A stretch of 64,000 nt of DNA from a virus. Taxonomy: Duplodnaviria; Caudoviricetes. The notes under the pieces are model-generated. The model saw nothing but the letters and a program-made list of their open reading frames with translations, had not been told where the DNA came from and did no database searches. The DNA lies in IMG/VR virus record IMGVR_UViG_3300014208_000039, positions 10,827 through 74,826 of that record; one strand, 5' to 3'. Positions within the stretch are counted from its first letter, which is position 1. Each line of letters begins with the position of its first letter. Position numbers and translations under genes: made by a program. Below are positions 33,101 through 42,865 of the stretch, one piece after another.

Positions 33101-33627
33101 TGGAATCAGTAAGTGAAATAACATATAATGGCGACCCAACTGAAATATTATCAAGAGGTATTTATCTTGGAACAAATAATCCGCCAACTGAAAGTGATAG
33201 AGTAACAACCGATGGTTCGGGTCCTGGTAAATATAATAGTAAAATAAATGATTTAGCATGTAACACTAAGTATTATGTTAGAGCATATGCAATTACCGCA
33301 TCGTATGATACAATAGTTTCAAATATTATGACCTTTACTACGCCGGCAGCAACAATATTTATTCCAGAAGCATTTTCACCAAATGGTGATAACATTCACG
33401 ATACTTGGATGGTTTATGGCTTAAGTAGTTATTGTAATAATAACAATGAAATGTTTATATTCAACCAACCTGGCGAACAAGTATTCCATTCAACATCTTA
33501 TCATCTTAATTGGTGGAACGGTAAAGTAAATAATACAGGATCATTGGTTCCAGTAGGAACATATTATTATGTGTTCTATCTTAACGGATCAAGATATAAA
33601 TCGGCAACGGTATTCGTTAGTTATTAA
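27184..33627 (+). CDS. Giant baseplate-anchored appendage protein: gp7/P2-I-like N-region, Hint-fold domain, Thr/Pro stalk, Fn3-like domain, CHU_C (T9SS type B CTD)
   Basis: [20 protein letters not shown] baseplate motif; Hint-like residues 1094-1291 ending GHN; long TPT repeats; YYVRAYA Fn3-like; C-terminal [16 protein letters not shown]...WNGK...GTYYYV. Confidence 0.7.
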   Translation: MVVRKKVPSQAASGADTFSDSLVGRQVTDGTSELTNTNFELDRVFPEKDSKNFRSAAFSEFLTLDDLKLESDAVSTTDNEQDDNKIKFKQSKDNGSKSIFGSLKSRINVSINRIITKFPAAVLADSETSVRTNIYTASGITYDIESNTTEFYLESSILYNPFGILLTTPSGNPDINSDNPIRNFYSSYTKYVIEITGSTYDVLEYTEPTSSNLIKLKVKGNPFQSNTTYTESYLIRPNNGISEGFFKGLDDLEQVILNRDTNPIYNATFRIPQDSFDQSKTNLVEVRVNWPVAKDNWNIKIHGIDYINYVDKIGSIADEIDDYKSNLFVRFMTAPQLFEFDSDDQKAQAVFQLYGQSFDRVKKYIDNIAFMRNVSYDGIENLPDILLKNLSTTLGFETINLTENTTIDDLLYKKQDNTFSGLSIGSNIIDGEYEFYRRLLVNLAYLYKSKGTRQSIEFFLRFIGAPEPMIKFNEYTYKIKSYPKSYNLEKDIYDVIAGTKSTTIAEFNPTGYTYSTVTTTTSINLTREEYPVIEYTNTPRSFYSNTYEMFFQKGAGWYESTLGHRSSDILDEENSVLTGRTKTLKTKSSDFTFGEDYFDAYRTLPGLDTGYEIESSVDNIKGIVSDIIPNDMFNRKNISVYITSANAVDYDIYRKSRDLSISFGSATLLPQTGVTFAEYADRILHEQITNSNTIKYTKNYIKLEDIYRDYINSTGFTPYYLGDLNEFVNLMGTNWSKLLDQIIPSSTLWTGGNLIENNRFGRPKYQYRLGCQPKEFNEDVYPDFQTTIEEDIENLVGDINNFRGLSQLTGVSFYPVIEIDGEIYPKSGDTDNFKINITSGDLFNGFSLNTCNPVNQDNLPLVCDYKLTLDIDYDLIKLQWKQKLIDLIDYINNITTGYTAGYYNYQPFLNASGIGPTTLTPTGIPKLNYEFYTDINGIEKIKFTSIKYSTNECSVLEYFDYRFTSEFDTIKNVCSIDATIQSEGSHYSGGTGSTLCLLNNDIYFNFNGVGPITIFGTCNPTPNPTTVSGKTLDYYGCTFVLRDVNENDKIDLLFTDITNCDLKIKVEGLGINWINSDEYVIVPKVQYRQSYDYGLKNDSYVLVSGMTITSKMVDQLVVGDVILMYDYNSNYISNQLLKDGITNNDLSFIRQYVPKTISDIDCLASNKKYIINGNIEVLPTSKMFVYTKQYVDIDGNVSDNGSYFFDYRFPEYLKIRTTGTTDNSCCGESNINNGDYLIGSDGKMIEILTLELDYCDSELYYNINVTDDSGLEFLTVFNGMITGTTVMIGHNYVPFTTMDEELSQTYDNGSCVVTDPDRNYIIPCTGTPIVNCDIVGFALWVDNVPTPTPTHTPTLTPTSTPTPTSTPTSTPTLTPTYTTTPTLTPTHIVNCLIDGYAEFMNPTPTPTPTITTTSTPTITPQPTETATPTPTTTSTTTLTPTSTPTLTPTNTPTLTPTQTYTPTLTPTVTGAPVYTCDTEIPTWIEGENYGKVIVILGPEEGMVTFDYEPVIIKDNFIITDENGNYLTSTGFVGDSGTTQFCKTSGYTYVFVEVLPEVPIGSIWKFKLSCPTGPCTTAAPVPTQTQTPTLTNTLTLTPTLTPTNTPTVTSTPTPTPTLTATQTPTLTQTLTSTLTSTPTPTNTLTSTLTSTPTPTLTSTPTLTSTPTLTSTPTPTLTPTPTLTPTLTQTLTQTHTQTSTRTPTHTSTPTRTSTSTLTATHTPTLTPTLTLTSTPTLTATLTSTLTQTITGGLTPTPTSTPTITPTLTETPTSTPTLTSTSTPTMTPTMTPTLTSTNTSTLTPTNTPTVTSTPTPTPTLTATQTPTLTQTLTSTLTSTPTQTITEGLTPTPTSTPTTTPTLTPTLTSTPTLTITATNTSTTTPTLTPTLTPTLTPTQTYTPTRTGTPTPTPTRTSTQTPTLTPTLTPTLTPSATAVIEFLAAFALDSLTCETTDIADDPPTIVLNSVTNSGYNYMESVSEITYNGDPTEILSRGIYLGTNNPPTESDRVTTDGSGPGKYNSKINDLACNTKYYVRAYAITASYDTIVSNIMTFTTPAATIFIPEAFSPNGDNIHDTWMVYGLSSYCNNNNEMFIFNQPGEQVFHSTSYHLNWWNGKVNNTGSLVPVGTYYYVFYLNGSRYKSATVFVSY
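30463..31056 (+). other. Hint (intein-like) domain lacking Cys1 and block-B TxxH but retaining C-terminal His-Asn
   Basis: [10 protein letters not shown] (block A-like), [27 protein letters not shown] (block B-like), [15 protein letters not shown]...FNG...IGHN. Confidence 0.6.
31213..32980 (+). repeat. Mucin-like Thr/Pro-rich low-complexity coding repeats (TPTL/TPTP), interrupted by one globular segment at ~31590-31920
   Basis: Translation shows several hundred residues dominated by T, P, S, L. Confidence 0.9.
31973..32696 (+). repeat. ~124-nt near-identical direct repeat, copies at 31973-32096 and 32573-32696
   Basis: caacattaacgccaacaaatac(g/a)cctactgtaactagtactcctacccctacgcc... recurs at a 600-nt offset with three synonymous A/G differences. 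Confidence 0.85.
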
Positions 33628-33638
33628 AAATAAAGATT

Positions 33639-34532
33639 ATGGCATATTTTAAAACAGGAAAAAAAAGATCATTAACAGTTACAATTACCAAAAAGTCAAA
33701 TGGTGATATAGTAAGTGGATACCCAAAAGTTTATTCAGGAACAACTACATTTACTTGGGATGGTGTTATTTACCCAACATTAACTGGAACTACATTTGAA
33801 GAGTTGTCATATGAAGATTACTTAACAAGATTAGAAGATTTTAAACAATATGTTCAAAGCCTTGAATCAGGCTTAGATATTGACAGAGATTTAGATCCAA
33901 ATTATCCACCTACAAGTATAGGTGATGTTGCTCAATGCTCACCTGAACCATCTCAATGTACAACAACATTTATAGTAAGTAAACTGACATCTGGCGCCAG
34001 CGGTTATATAGAAAATAATGGCGATGAAATATATTTAATTTCAGGAATAGAAGGAACGTTATTAAATATAACTGGTACTACGACTAACGGAACGGTAATA
34101 GTTGGATGGTCTGAAGATAGTTATGGTAATAATTTATTATCTACAGGTTCAACATTTAACATACCGCTAAGTTGTGGAAAAACATATTATTTTGTTATAA
34201 GACAAAATGCGGTCGCAATTAAAAGATTCTGTTATTATCCTCCGTCAACTATTCTTGATGAAATATGTACTTCTTGTAACGAATCAGTAGATGTTTATTT
34301 TGATTATTTAGATATGATAGCGAATGGGTTTGAAAATATTACATGGTATAGTGATTTTGACTTAACAATTGAATTACCAGATGGTTTTTATAAATTATCG
34401 GAAATTACAGCAAGTTATCGAGGTTCAATTATTGTTACTGTTTTGAATTTCCCACCTATATATACAATTGTTAATGGTCTTGTAACGGAAAAAGGATTTT
34501 GTGATCCCGATTTACTATACTGTTGTATTTAA
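33639..34532 (+). CDS. Hypothetical Cys-containing virion-associated protein
   Basis: 297-aa ORF between two giant appendage genes. Confidence 0.55.
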   Translation: MAYFKTGKKRSLTVTITKKSNGDIVSGYPKVYSGTTTFTWDGVIYPTLTGTTFEELSYEDYLTRLEDFKQYVQSLESGLDIDRDLDPNYPPTSIGDVAQCSPEPSQCTTTFIVSKLTSGASGYIENNGDEIYLISGIEGTLLNITGTTTNGTVIVGWSEDSYGNNLLSTGSTFNIPLSCGKTYYFVIRQNAVAIKRFCYYPPSTILDEICTSCNESVDVYFDYLDMIANGFENITWYSDFDLTIELPDGFYKLSEITASYRGSIIVTVLNFPPIYTIVNGLVTEKGFCDPDLLYCCI

Positions 34533-34564
34533 TTATATAATTTTTTTAACTATATTTAATATAT

Positions 34565-37500
34565 ATGTCAAGTGTAACGATAAATTTAAATAGTACTGAT
34601 TATAATTCAACTAAACCTAGTTATGGTTCAGTAGGACAATATGCCACAAATCTTAGATTTGCTAATAAATCCAAAGCATTGAAATTTACTAATGCCGATT
34701 ATGGAATTGCAACCGTAACAATAAGTTTTACTGGATCAATAGATTATGGATCGGTATATTTTTCTGATCCAAATGGCGGGGATGTGTCGGTATCAAAAAA
34801 CATTGATGGAATTTATATGGTTAGTAATGAAATAGCCAAAATTGAAAATATTTTTTATCAAAACGGAACAGGTGGCACCACTACTTATTATGTTATTATT
34901 AATTCAAATACTTCATTAAAATCAGCCGAATTAAATGTATCAGTTGCACTTGGAAAATACAATACAAAACCTTCAGGAACTAGTTTTACTATAAATTGCT
35001 CTTGCCAAGACCCAATTTATACATACACAACTGGATTACACACATATTCACCTTATGATGCTAAAAGTGATTTATCAAAACTTACAACTATTTTATATTC
35101 ACGAGTTCCAATAGGATCGTGGACACCTGGTACTAAAGTTTATTGTACTAATACATTTAGTCATCCAGCTTTGCCATATTTTTATGGATACGGGGCAAAT
35201 GTTTATCAAGTCGGTGATGAAATCGATAGATCATATGGTACTAAAAAACAATATACGGTTAAGAAAAAAATATTCGGTAAGCCTAAAACAACTGAGCAAA
35301 CAATAATAGGAAATACATTCAATTTAACCAATCAAACGTCAGAAGCGTGTGTTGTTCCATCAATGAGTAGAGTTGGACAAATAACGAACATATTATCCGC
35401 ATCTTCATTAATACAACCATCACAATATAGATATTATTTAGGATATAATTCTACAAATAAACAACAATCAAATGATAGCGTGTTTACTACATATGATTTT
35501 GGAACAAAACAACATAATCCGATAACTGGCGCACTTCATGCGTTAGAGAAAGTGACGCAAGGGGTTATTGTTGGTTACAATACAACTTGGGACCCAAATA
35601 TTTGGTCTGCCGTTGCAGGTGGTGCTTTAGGATTAGGAGCAGTAATAGCACTGGCTGAGGGTACTGCAATTAATGCAGCTGCGGGTTTATTATTGGACTA
35701 TTTAATAGGTATATTATCCGATACATGGATTGGCGCAGCAATTACCGCCGCACAAGGAATTCCAGTATGGGGTCAAATTGCTTTTTTAGTTGTTGCATTA
35801 CTTGCATTATTATGGGGTATACTTAGAACTAAAACAACTGTTTATAGGGAAGACTGTAAATTATTTTTACATCATTTTACCGATACACCGTATATCGAAT
35901 TAACAAGTAAATTATATAGGGATGAAGATTTAACTGTTCAAAATAATGGGTATTATTGTGATGGAGTTTATTTCTTTGAACAAACAGGTATTGGAACAGG
36001 TAAAACTATAACATCGAAAGAATTATCTTCATGTTACACAACTATTTCAACAAACCCAACTAAATATGGAACATTATATTCATTACAAGCCGATAACCCA
36101 ACGTTAGTGACAAATTTTCAAAAGCTAATTGTTTTATTATATGAATCGGGTAAACCGTCACCTTATTGTGGTGGGGATAATGTATATTATAGTAGTTATA
36201 TGTCGCAATACGTAACAGGAAAAACTTGTTGTGATTTGGAGGTTTGTAATTCATATTTAATTGAGTTTGACGCTGGATTAGAATGGAGTTGTATTAGTGT
36301 TGCTGACGCAAATAGTAAAGTTACACCTAAGTTTAATGCTGCAGCATCTTATGCGCAAAGTCAAGGAAATTTTAATACATTATTAACAGACGCCGACTTA
36401 GGTGAGTTACCATCATATTTTACACATGAATTAAAGGTAGAAAACACACCAACTCAAACAAGCTTTTATTATGATAAAAGAATAAATACTAATCCAGATG
36501 TCGGTATGTCAATATATTACGATCCTTGTGGATGTACTAAAGTATTAGACGGTTATTATGGTATAACAGGTATAACATATTATAGAACATTTTATCATAC
36601 TACTAATGGAGCTATCGATGGAATTTATTACATGTCCACGTCAGGAAGTACTACTACCACTACTTTAGAACCAATTATATTAACAAATTTAAATTATACA
36701 AGTAATTGGTTTTTAAAAGGCTCAAATAATGTACTTTTACAATATTATACAGATAATATTGAATTGGATAGGTTATTTAATCCAAATTCCTTGTATACTA
36801 ATCCGATGCTGGTTAAAGGGTTTATTAATGATCTAACAAGTTTAGATGATTTTAAAAGATATACGGGAACAACTGAATCACAAAGTACTGAAGCCGATAC
36901 GGGTTGGTATAGGCCATTAATCGACTGGATTGAACCGTTACCGTTCTATTACAATAAAACACAAACGATAACATTGAATACTGAAGAAGTATGTGATTTT
37001 ATGGTTAGTGGATCAACACTTAGAGGATTTAATATTGTTGGGGTTGACGCTGATTTATTAGAAACGCCAACACATAATGTAGTTAACTTAACAGTTAATG
37101 TGTATAGTAATACAGGATTAACTGCGACATATATTTGTGATACTTTACCTTCAGATTCAAAAACATTTATTCCGTTTGATGTACAAGTTGGATCAACTGA
37201 AGATGTTACAGGTATTACAATTTCATCAATCAATTCAACTAATCCCATAAATAAAACCACATACGCAATCGGTACGTTTACTGATTGCGATTTAACAGAA
37301 TATAATTTACCGACAGTAACAATTAGTTCACCACTAACATTTGTATCAGAGGCAATGGCCACCGCAACGGGTAATGTAACAAATGATGGTGGTGCCGTTG
37401 TAACAGACAGAGGATTTGTTTGGGGGACAAACAGTGGAGTGACATTATCCGACTCATTTACTAATTCAGGTAACGGAACAGGAATTTTTTCAGGTAACAT

Positions 37501-39328
37501 AACACAATTATCTGGAAATACAACATATTATGTAAGGTCGTACGCCACAAACATTAAAGGTACATCATATAGTAACGAAATTACATATGTATATAATATT
37601 CCGACTCCTACACCGACATCAACTCTTACATCTACGCCAACATTAACACCTACATTAACATCAACACCCACAACATCAGTTTGTATTGAAGAAGTTGTTG
37701 TATACGGAGCTTTGTATAATTTTTATGCAGTTCTTGATTCTAGGAATATAGCAAATATAGGATGGCATATTTCTGCCTATGCCGATTTGCAGACAATGGT
37801 TGCTTATTTAGGGTCTACTACTGCCGGACAAAAAACTAAAGAATCCGGAACATTACATTGGCAGTCTCCAAATACAGGGACAAACATAGCCTTATTTAAT
37901 GCAAGAGGGGCTGGAACAAGGGCTACAGATGGTACCTTTGGTAGTTTGTTACAGTATTTCCAAATATGGCATTCTACAGCATATGATGCAAGTCATGGGG
38001 CCACTTCGTGGTGGACTTCTGGTAGTAATTCTATTACGTCGGCTATTAATTTTGCTGGATATCCGTATAAGCAAGGTATGAGTTTGCGTCTTGTCAAAGA
38101 TTTTACAACCTTATCTGATGGTCAAACTGGAACTTATATAGGTAATAATGGTAAAGTTTACAGGACTATTTGTATAGGTACACAGGAATGGTTAGCGGAC
38201 AGCCTAAACGAGACTAAATACCAAAATGGAGATTGGATCACTGGATATGATGGAGGAGTTTATACTCCAATCTCGAACGCAACTTGGGCCGCACTAACTA
38301 CAGGAGCTATGTCCTATTATAATGATGATGTAAATAATGGAAGTATATTGCAACCTTGTCCTACACCTACACCCACGCCAACTTTAACGGCTACATCTAC
38401 GTTAACACCCACTTTAACAAACACACCTACGTTAACTGAAACTCCCACATTAACGCCAACGTTAACCCTAACAGCAACTCCAACGTCAACTCAAACACCT
38501 ACGTCAACTCAAACTAGTACTCCAACATCAACTCTTACATCTACGCCTACTCCTACAATGATATCACAATGTTTTAATATTGGAACCGGATTTAGTAGTA
38601 CTGTTTATTCAATAGATGTTCAAACCGATGGTAAGATATTGGTTGGAGGATCTTTTACATCGTATTCAGGTGTAACATCAAATTATATAATAAGGTTAAA
38701 TAGTGATGGATCAATTGATACTGGATTTACAATTGGAACAGGATTTAGTTCAACAACACTATCTATATATGTTCAGCCAGATGGTAAGATATTGATTGGA
38801 GGGAACTTCATAACATATTCTGGCGTAACATCAAATTATATAATAAGGTTAAATAGTGATGGATCAATCGATACTGGATTTACAATTGGAACAGGATTTA
38901 ATGCTGCCGCACGTTCTATATATGTTCAGTCTGATGGTAAGATATTGGTTGGAGGATCTTTTACATCGTATTCAGGTGTAACATCAAATAGGATAATAAG
39001 GTTAAATAGTGATGGATCAATTGATACTGGATTTACAATTGGAACAGGATTTAGTTCAACAACATATTCTATATATGTTCAGTCTGATGGTAAGATATTG
39101 GTTGGAGGGAACTTCACAACATACTCAGGTGTAACATCAAATTATATAATAAGGTTAAATAGTGATGGATCAATCGATACTGGATTTACAATTGGAACAG
39201 TAATTACTAATAGTGTTTCTTCTCTTAGAATTCAGACAGATAATAAGATATTGGCTGTTGGTGTGTTCACAACACCAAATAGGATAATAAGATTAAATAG
39301 TGATGGAACTACTGATAATTGCATATAA
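34565..39328 (+). CDS. Large modular appendage/adhesin-like protein: hydrophobic segment, Fn3-like domain, permuted FISUMP domain, PT linkers, delta-60 beta-propeller repeats
   Basis: YYVRSYATNIKGTSYSNE (Fn3-like); YGALYNFYAV...SLRLVKD followed by GKVYRTICIGTQEWLADSL; 4-5 x VQxDGKILVGGxFTxYSGVTSNxIIRLNSDGSIDTGF. Confidence 0.7.
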   Translation: MSSVTINLNSTDYNSTKPSYGSVGQYATNLRFANKSKALKFTNADYGIATVTISFTGSIDYGSVYFSDPNGGDVSVSKNIDGIYMVSNEIAKIENIFYQNGTGGTTTYYVIINSNTSLKSAELNVSVALGKYNTKPSGTSFTINCSCQDPIYTYTTGLHTYSPYDAKSDLSKLTTILYSRVPIGSWTPGTKVYCTNTFSHPALPYFYGYGANVYQVGDEIDRSYGTKKQYTVKKKIFGKPKTTEQTIIGNTFNLTNQTSEACVVPSMSRVGQITNILSASSLIQPSQYRYYLGYNSTNKQQSNDSVFTTYDFGTKQHNPITGALHALEKVTQGVIVGYNTTWDPNIWSAVAGGALGLGAVIALAEGTAINAAAGLLLDYLIGILSDTWIGAAITAAQGIPVWGQIAFLVVALLALLWGILRTKTTVYREDCKLFLHHFTDTPYIELTSKLYRDEDLTVQNNGYYCDGVYFFEQTGIGTGKTITSKELSSCYTTISTNPTKYGTLYSLQADNPTLVTNFQKLIVLLYESGKPSPYCGGDNVYYSSYMSQYVTGKTCCDLEVCNSYLIEFDAGLEWSCISVADANSKVTPKFNAAASYAQSQGNFNTLLTDADLGELPSYFTHELKVENTPTQTSFYYDKRINTNPDVGMSIYYDPCGCTKVLDGYYGITGITYYRTFYHTTNGAIDGIYYMSTSGSTTTTTLEPIILTNLNYTSNWFLKGSNNVLLQYYTDNIELDRLFNPNSLYTNPMLVKGFINDLTSLDDFKRYTGTTESQSTEADTGWYRPLIDWIEPLPFYYNKTQTITLNTEEVCDFMVSGSTLRGFNIVGVDADLLETPTHNVVNLTVNVYSNTGLTATYICDTLPSDSKTFIPFDVQVGSTEDVTGITISSINSTNPINKTTYAIGTFTDCDLTEYNLPTVTISSPLTFVSEAMATATGNVTNDGGAVVTDRGFVWGTNSGVTLSDSFTNSGNGTGIFSGNITQLSGNTTYYVRSYATNIKGTSYSNEITYVYNIPTPTPTSTLTSTPTLTPTLTSTPTTSVCIEEVVVYGALYNFYAVLDSRNIANIGWHISAYADLQTMVAYLGSTTAGQKTKESGTLHWQSPNTGTNIALFNARGAGTRATDGTFGSLLQYFQIWHSTAYDASHGATSWWTSGSNSITSAINFAGYPYKQGMSLRLVKDFTTLSDGQTGTYIGNNGKVYRTICIGTQEWLADSLNETKYQNGDWITGYDGGVYTPISNATWAALTTGAMSYYNDDVNNGSILQPCPTPTPTPTLTATSTLTPTLTNTPTLTETPTLTPTLTLTATPTSTQTPTSTQTSTPTSTLTSTPTPTMISQCFNIGTGFSSTVYSIDVQTDGKILVGGSFTSYSGVTSNYIIRLNSDGSIDTGFTIGTGFSSTTLSIYVQPDGKILIGGNFITYSGVTSNYIIRLNSDGSIDTGFTIGTGFNAAARSIYVQSDGKILVGGSFTSYSGVTSNRIIRLNSDGSIDTGFTIGTGFSSTTYSIYVQSDGKILVGGNFTTYSGVTSNYIIRLNSDGSIDTGFTIGTVITNSVSSLRIQTDNKILAVGVFTTPNRIIRLNSDGTTDNCI
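38627..39300 (+). repeat. Tandem 153-nt (51-aa) delta-60-type repeats, about 4.5 copies in ABAB pattern
   Basis: DG/DN codons at 38627, 38780, 38933, 39086, 39239; near-identical DNA in alternating units. Confidence 0.9.
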
Positions 39329-39455
39329 TGGCAGTACGTTTGTTGTCGCAGGTACTGGAGATAATACTTTGGCGTATTCAAGTAATGGAACATCTTGGGC
39401 CGGGTTAGGAATATCAGTATTCAGTACGAACGGGCGTACCATATGTTCAAAATAA
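39303..39455 (+). pseudogene. Out-of-frame remnant (50 aa) of a different beta-propeller repeat unit
   Basis: +1 frame reads IAYNGSTFVVAGTGDNTLAYSSNGTSWAGLGISVFSTNGRTICSK*, overlapping the stop of the 1587-aa ORF. Confidence 0.55.
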
Positions 39456-39483
39456 TTAAATTTTTATATGTATATTTATAATT

Positions 39484-40455
39484 ATGGGGTTTTTAAAAAT
39501 TAATATATCTAACATAATATCAATAAATGACTTTATCATATCTTATAAAAGTGGAGAAAGTGTTGGTAATTTAAATACAGGATTTACACGTTATCCAGAT
39601 GTTAATACTGTATTTTCTGGAGGAACAACTGATATTTTTATATCAGGAATTACTTTAAATTATGGTGAACAATACTGGTTTAAAATTGAAGAATATAATA
39701 CAGGAAGGACAGATAATCCGTTTATTATAGAAAACATTAATATGCATTATGAAGAATATTTTACATATTATTGTCCAGAATCAACTCCAACACCTACGCC
39801 AACAAGAACACCAACACTCACTCCTACAATCGGCCAAACGCCAACGCCTACATCCACTCCTACTTCTACACCAACATTAACATCCACGCCTACGTTAACT
39901 GCCACAGATGGTACATTACCTGATCCAACGGCAACTCCTACATTAACACCGACATTAACTCCTACATTAACGCCAACTGGCATTAAAACAATAAATTTAA
40001 CTTGGGACTATACTGATAGTTCAGATGGCGGTACTAAAGATAGTCCATATTCAACTACTTATTGGAATTTAGTTCTTAGTACTCCTCTCGAAGGAGATGA
40101 ATCAATTACATTAACCATACAGTATGATCTTAATAATCAAGCTATAAATGCTTCACAACAAAGATCAATTTATTCATTATCTGAGGGAGTAACATCAGGT
40201 AACATAATTGGAATAGGAAATATTGATCAAGACGCATTATTAACGACTTTTCCAAATGAAAAATCTGGTACATTCTATCATACGTTAACAGCATCAAATC
40301 AACTATTAAGATTGGGTCTTTCGACATCAATTGATGGTGATAAAGATACAACAGGAACAGTATCAGCTAGTATTAATAATTTTAATGTAACAGGATATAT
40401 TGTTAATCCTGTTTATGATGGTGTTAATCCATCAATAAGCGTGACATCAAATTAA
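39484..40455 (+). CDS. PT-repeat-containing putative structural protein
   Basis: TATTTATA at 39473-39480; central TPTPT linker between two beta-rich domains. Confidence 0.6.
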   Translation: MGFLKINISNIISINDFIISYKSGESVGNLNTGFTRYPDVNTVFSGGTTDIFISGITLNYGEQYWFKIEEYNTGRTDNPFIIENINMHYEEYFTYYCPESTPTPTPTRTPTLTPTIGQTPTPTSTPTSTPTLTSTPTLTATDGTLPDPTATPTLTPTLTPTLTPTGIKTINLTWDYTDSSDGGTKDSPYSTTYWNLVLSTPLEGDESITLTIQYDLNNQAINASQQRSIYSLSEGVTSGNIIGIGNIDQDALLTTFPNEKSGTFYHTLTASNQLLRLGLSTSIDGDKDTTGTVSASINNFNVTGYIVNPVYDGVNPSISVTSN

Positions 40456-40462
40456 AAAATAA

Positions 40463-40696
40463 ATGAATGTATATATTAAATTAGACGGTTCAACAGGAAT
40501 AGATGCAGATAATTTCAGTTTCTCATCTGATATTGATTACAATTTTATTTTACAAACTGGTATATCAAGAGCAATTTTAGTGTCTACTGGATACACATTA
40601 ACAAACGTACAAGATGGAGCAACAATTATCAGAATAAAATCGAATACGACTTCGTGTACAAACACGATTGATTTTAATATTGGTGGTTTACCATAA
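40463..40696 (+). CDS. Small Ig-like/beta-rich hypothetical protein
   Basis: 77-aa ORF coupled between structural genes. Confidence 0.55.
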   Translation: MNVYIKLDGSTGIDADNFSFSSDIDYNFILQTGISRAILVSTGYTLTNVQDGATIIRIKSNTTSCTNTIDFNIGGLP

Positions 40697-40726
40697 TCAA
40701 CTATTTATATAAAATAAATAAAAGAA

Positions 40727-42814
40727 ATGAGTTTTCTAAGTATAAATAATTCAGAATTTTTATCAGCAAGAATAACACAAAAAGGTAGGAACGCTATAGC
40801 TAAAGGTAGTTTCAATATCAATTATTTTCAAATCGGTGATTCAGAGTATGATTATAATTTAATTTTTTCTGGATTAACAGGAAACACAAATCATCAAATG
40901 GTTATGTCCCCTTTTGACAGGGAAGCTGGAATAAAATACCCATATAAAATTGATTCATCAACAAGTGGAACAACATATGGAGTTCCTGTAAATAATAATC
41001 TTTCCCCAGAATCTATTAGAAATGTTATAGGGCCAGCAGGTTTTGTTACAGAATCCGATACATCTATTATTAAAACTTATACTGAGTTACATCCATTAAC
41101 AACAATAACAGGAGGAACTTTAATTCCGGTAACATCCGGTAATAGTTTTAATGAAACCGATACCATAACCATTGCATTTACAACGTTTGGCGGAGAAGAT
41201 ATAAATAATCCGGTAATAACAGGTAATTCAACAAGTTTAGTTTATAAAATAATTGGTATCACTGGAAACACAATTGAAGTTGATAGGGAGTTACCAACAT
41301 TCCCTTCTCCACAATTTGATAATTATAATTTTCAAATAGTGGCTAACTATGCAGAATTAGAATATCCTCTTACAGGAACAACATGTCCACAACCAACCAT
41401 TGACAATTTACATCAACATAATCCTTGGACGTTGGATGTTGTATGGGATAATTTAAGACCAATAGGAACAAATAATACGGGTAGTGAAAATAGTATTTCA
41501 GGATATACAAGTAATAAACATTTATCAACAAAAGAATACTTAGGATATAGTACAAATTCGGCTCAAACATTTACCGACTTAACTGGAGGAACAGTAACCT
41601 ACCCGACATCATATAAAAATTCATTTGATGAAATTATAAATGTTACTCCTGAAGAACAAAGGTCAATTGCAATCATTCATTATTCTGAATTGGGTGATTT
41701 AATCAATGATCCTGAAAGATTTTATAAATATGACGATTATATCAGTACATTAACTACTAACCCAATTTATTTGGACGCTGATGAAAATGAGGTAACTGAT
41801 GCCGAATATTTTGAAGTTTATATTCCATTTGTTCATTACCACAGGCATATACATACAGGTTCAACTATCGGAGCATTGTTCACTATGGATTCAACAGATT
41901 ACTATGTTAATTCAACAATTAATAGTAGGTATAAACTTTTGTTTAGATATTTGTTAGACTTGGAAGGTAATAGAGTTGGAAAGGTATTTCCAAACAATAA
42001 AATAGTTGTTTTTGATGACCAAGAATTAGTTGCTATTCTTGATTTTAGAAGTAATAGAAGATACACATTACCGGCCCCAAAACTTAGTTTAATAAATAGT
42101 GACACCAACACTGCATTATTTGAAACTACGGGTCAAACATTATGGTTTACATATGCGTTATCAAATCAAAACGATACCATTAACGGATTACCATGTAACT
42201 ATTATTCTAAAATTGATTCAACATCCACGCCATCAAATATTGGATTCAAATTTAATGGTGATGAATTCCATTTTATAGGTGACGACTTTACAGATTTCAC
42301 AACAGGATTTACTGTACAAAATTTTTATATTTTATTACAGATAACTAATACTGGTGATTTACCGTCATCTGAATTGTGGAGTTACATTGATTATACAGAT
42401 AGAGTTGGAGGGGATGGGATTTCATATATTAACCCAACTGGATTAACAGGAACTACATTTACGATTACGTATGAAGATTATGAGGGGCCAGGCAGAATTC
42501 CGTTCAATCTTGATGATATTATGGGAGTAAATTATACTTCATTATCCAATATACAATTTGGGGAGGAACAAACTTTTCCTGGTAGTATCAGATTGGTGAG
42601 ATCATCAGACATAGAAACGTTAAATTTCTTAGTAAATTTACCATCTACTCAATTTACTGAAACACAAAATCCTACATACGTACCAACGGCCGAAAAAAGG
42701 ATAACGGAAATTGCATTATTGGATACTAATAAAGAGGTGTTAGTAATTGCAAAGACGCCTATTCCAATAAAAAGGATAGGAACTCAAGTTTTCTCTTTAA
42801 AATTAGATTTTTAA
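40727..42814 (+). CDS. Baseplate/tail fibre-attachment protein (DUF3751 tail-collar-like termini)
   Basis: N-term ARITQKGRNAIAKG...YFQIGDSE; C-term ITEIALLDTNKEVLVIAKTPIPIKR...LKLDF; preceded by TATTTATA 40702-40709. Confidence 0.5.
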   Translation: MSFLSINNSEFLSARITQKGRNAIAKGSFNINYFQIGDSEYDYNLIFSGLTGNTNHQMVMSPFDREAGIKYPYKIDSSTSGTTYGVPVNNNLSPESIRNVIGPAGFVTESDTSIIKTYTELHPLTTITGGTLIPVTSGNSFNETDTITIAFTTFGGEDINNPVITGNSTSLVYKIIGITGNTIEVDRELPTFPSPQFDNYNFQIVANYAELEYPLTGTTCPQPTIDNLHQHNPWTLDVVWDNLRPIGTNNTGSENSISGYTSNKHLSTKEYLGYSTNSAQTFTDLTGGTVTYPTSYKNSFDEIINVTPEEQRSIAIIHYSELGDLINDPERFYKYDDYISTLTTNPIYLDADENEVTDAEYFEVYIPFVHYHRHIHTGSTIGALFTMDSTDYYVNSTINSRYKLLFRYLLDLEGNRVGKVFPNNKIVVFDDQELVAILDFRSNRRYTLPAPKLSLINSDTNTALFETTGQTLWFTYALSNQNDTINGLPCNYYSKIDSTSTPSNIGFKFNGDEFHFIGDDFTDFTTGFTVQNFYILLQITNTGDLPSSELWSYIDYTDRVGGDGISYINPTGLTGTTFTITYEDYEGPGRIPFNLDDIMGVNYTSLSNIQFGEEQTFPGSIRLVRSSDIETLNFLVNLPSTQFTETQNPTYVPTAEKRITEIALLDTNKEVLVIAKTPIPIKRIGTQVFSLKLDF

Positions 42815-42865
42815 TCTTTATCTTTAATTAATAAATAATATTGGCTTGTATATTTTTACCAAATA

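Noticed and set aside
31973-39300. Diversity-generating retroelement TR/VR pairs
   Set aside because: Repeat copies are all inside coding repeats, differences are synonymous or not adenine-specific in one copy, and no reverse transcriptase is in the window.
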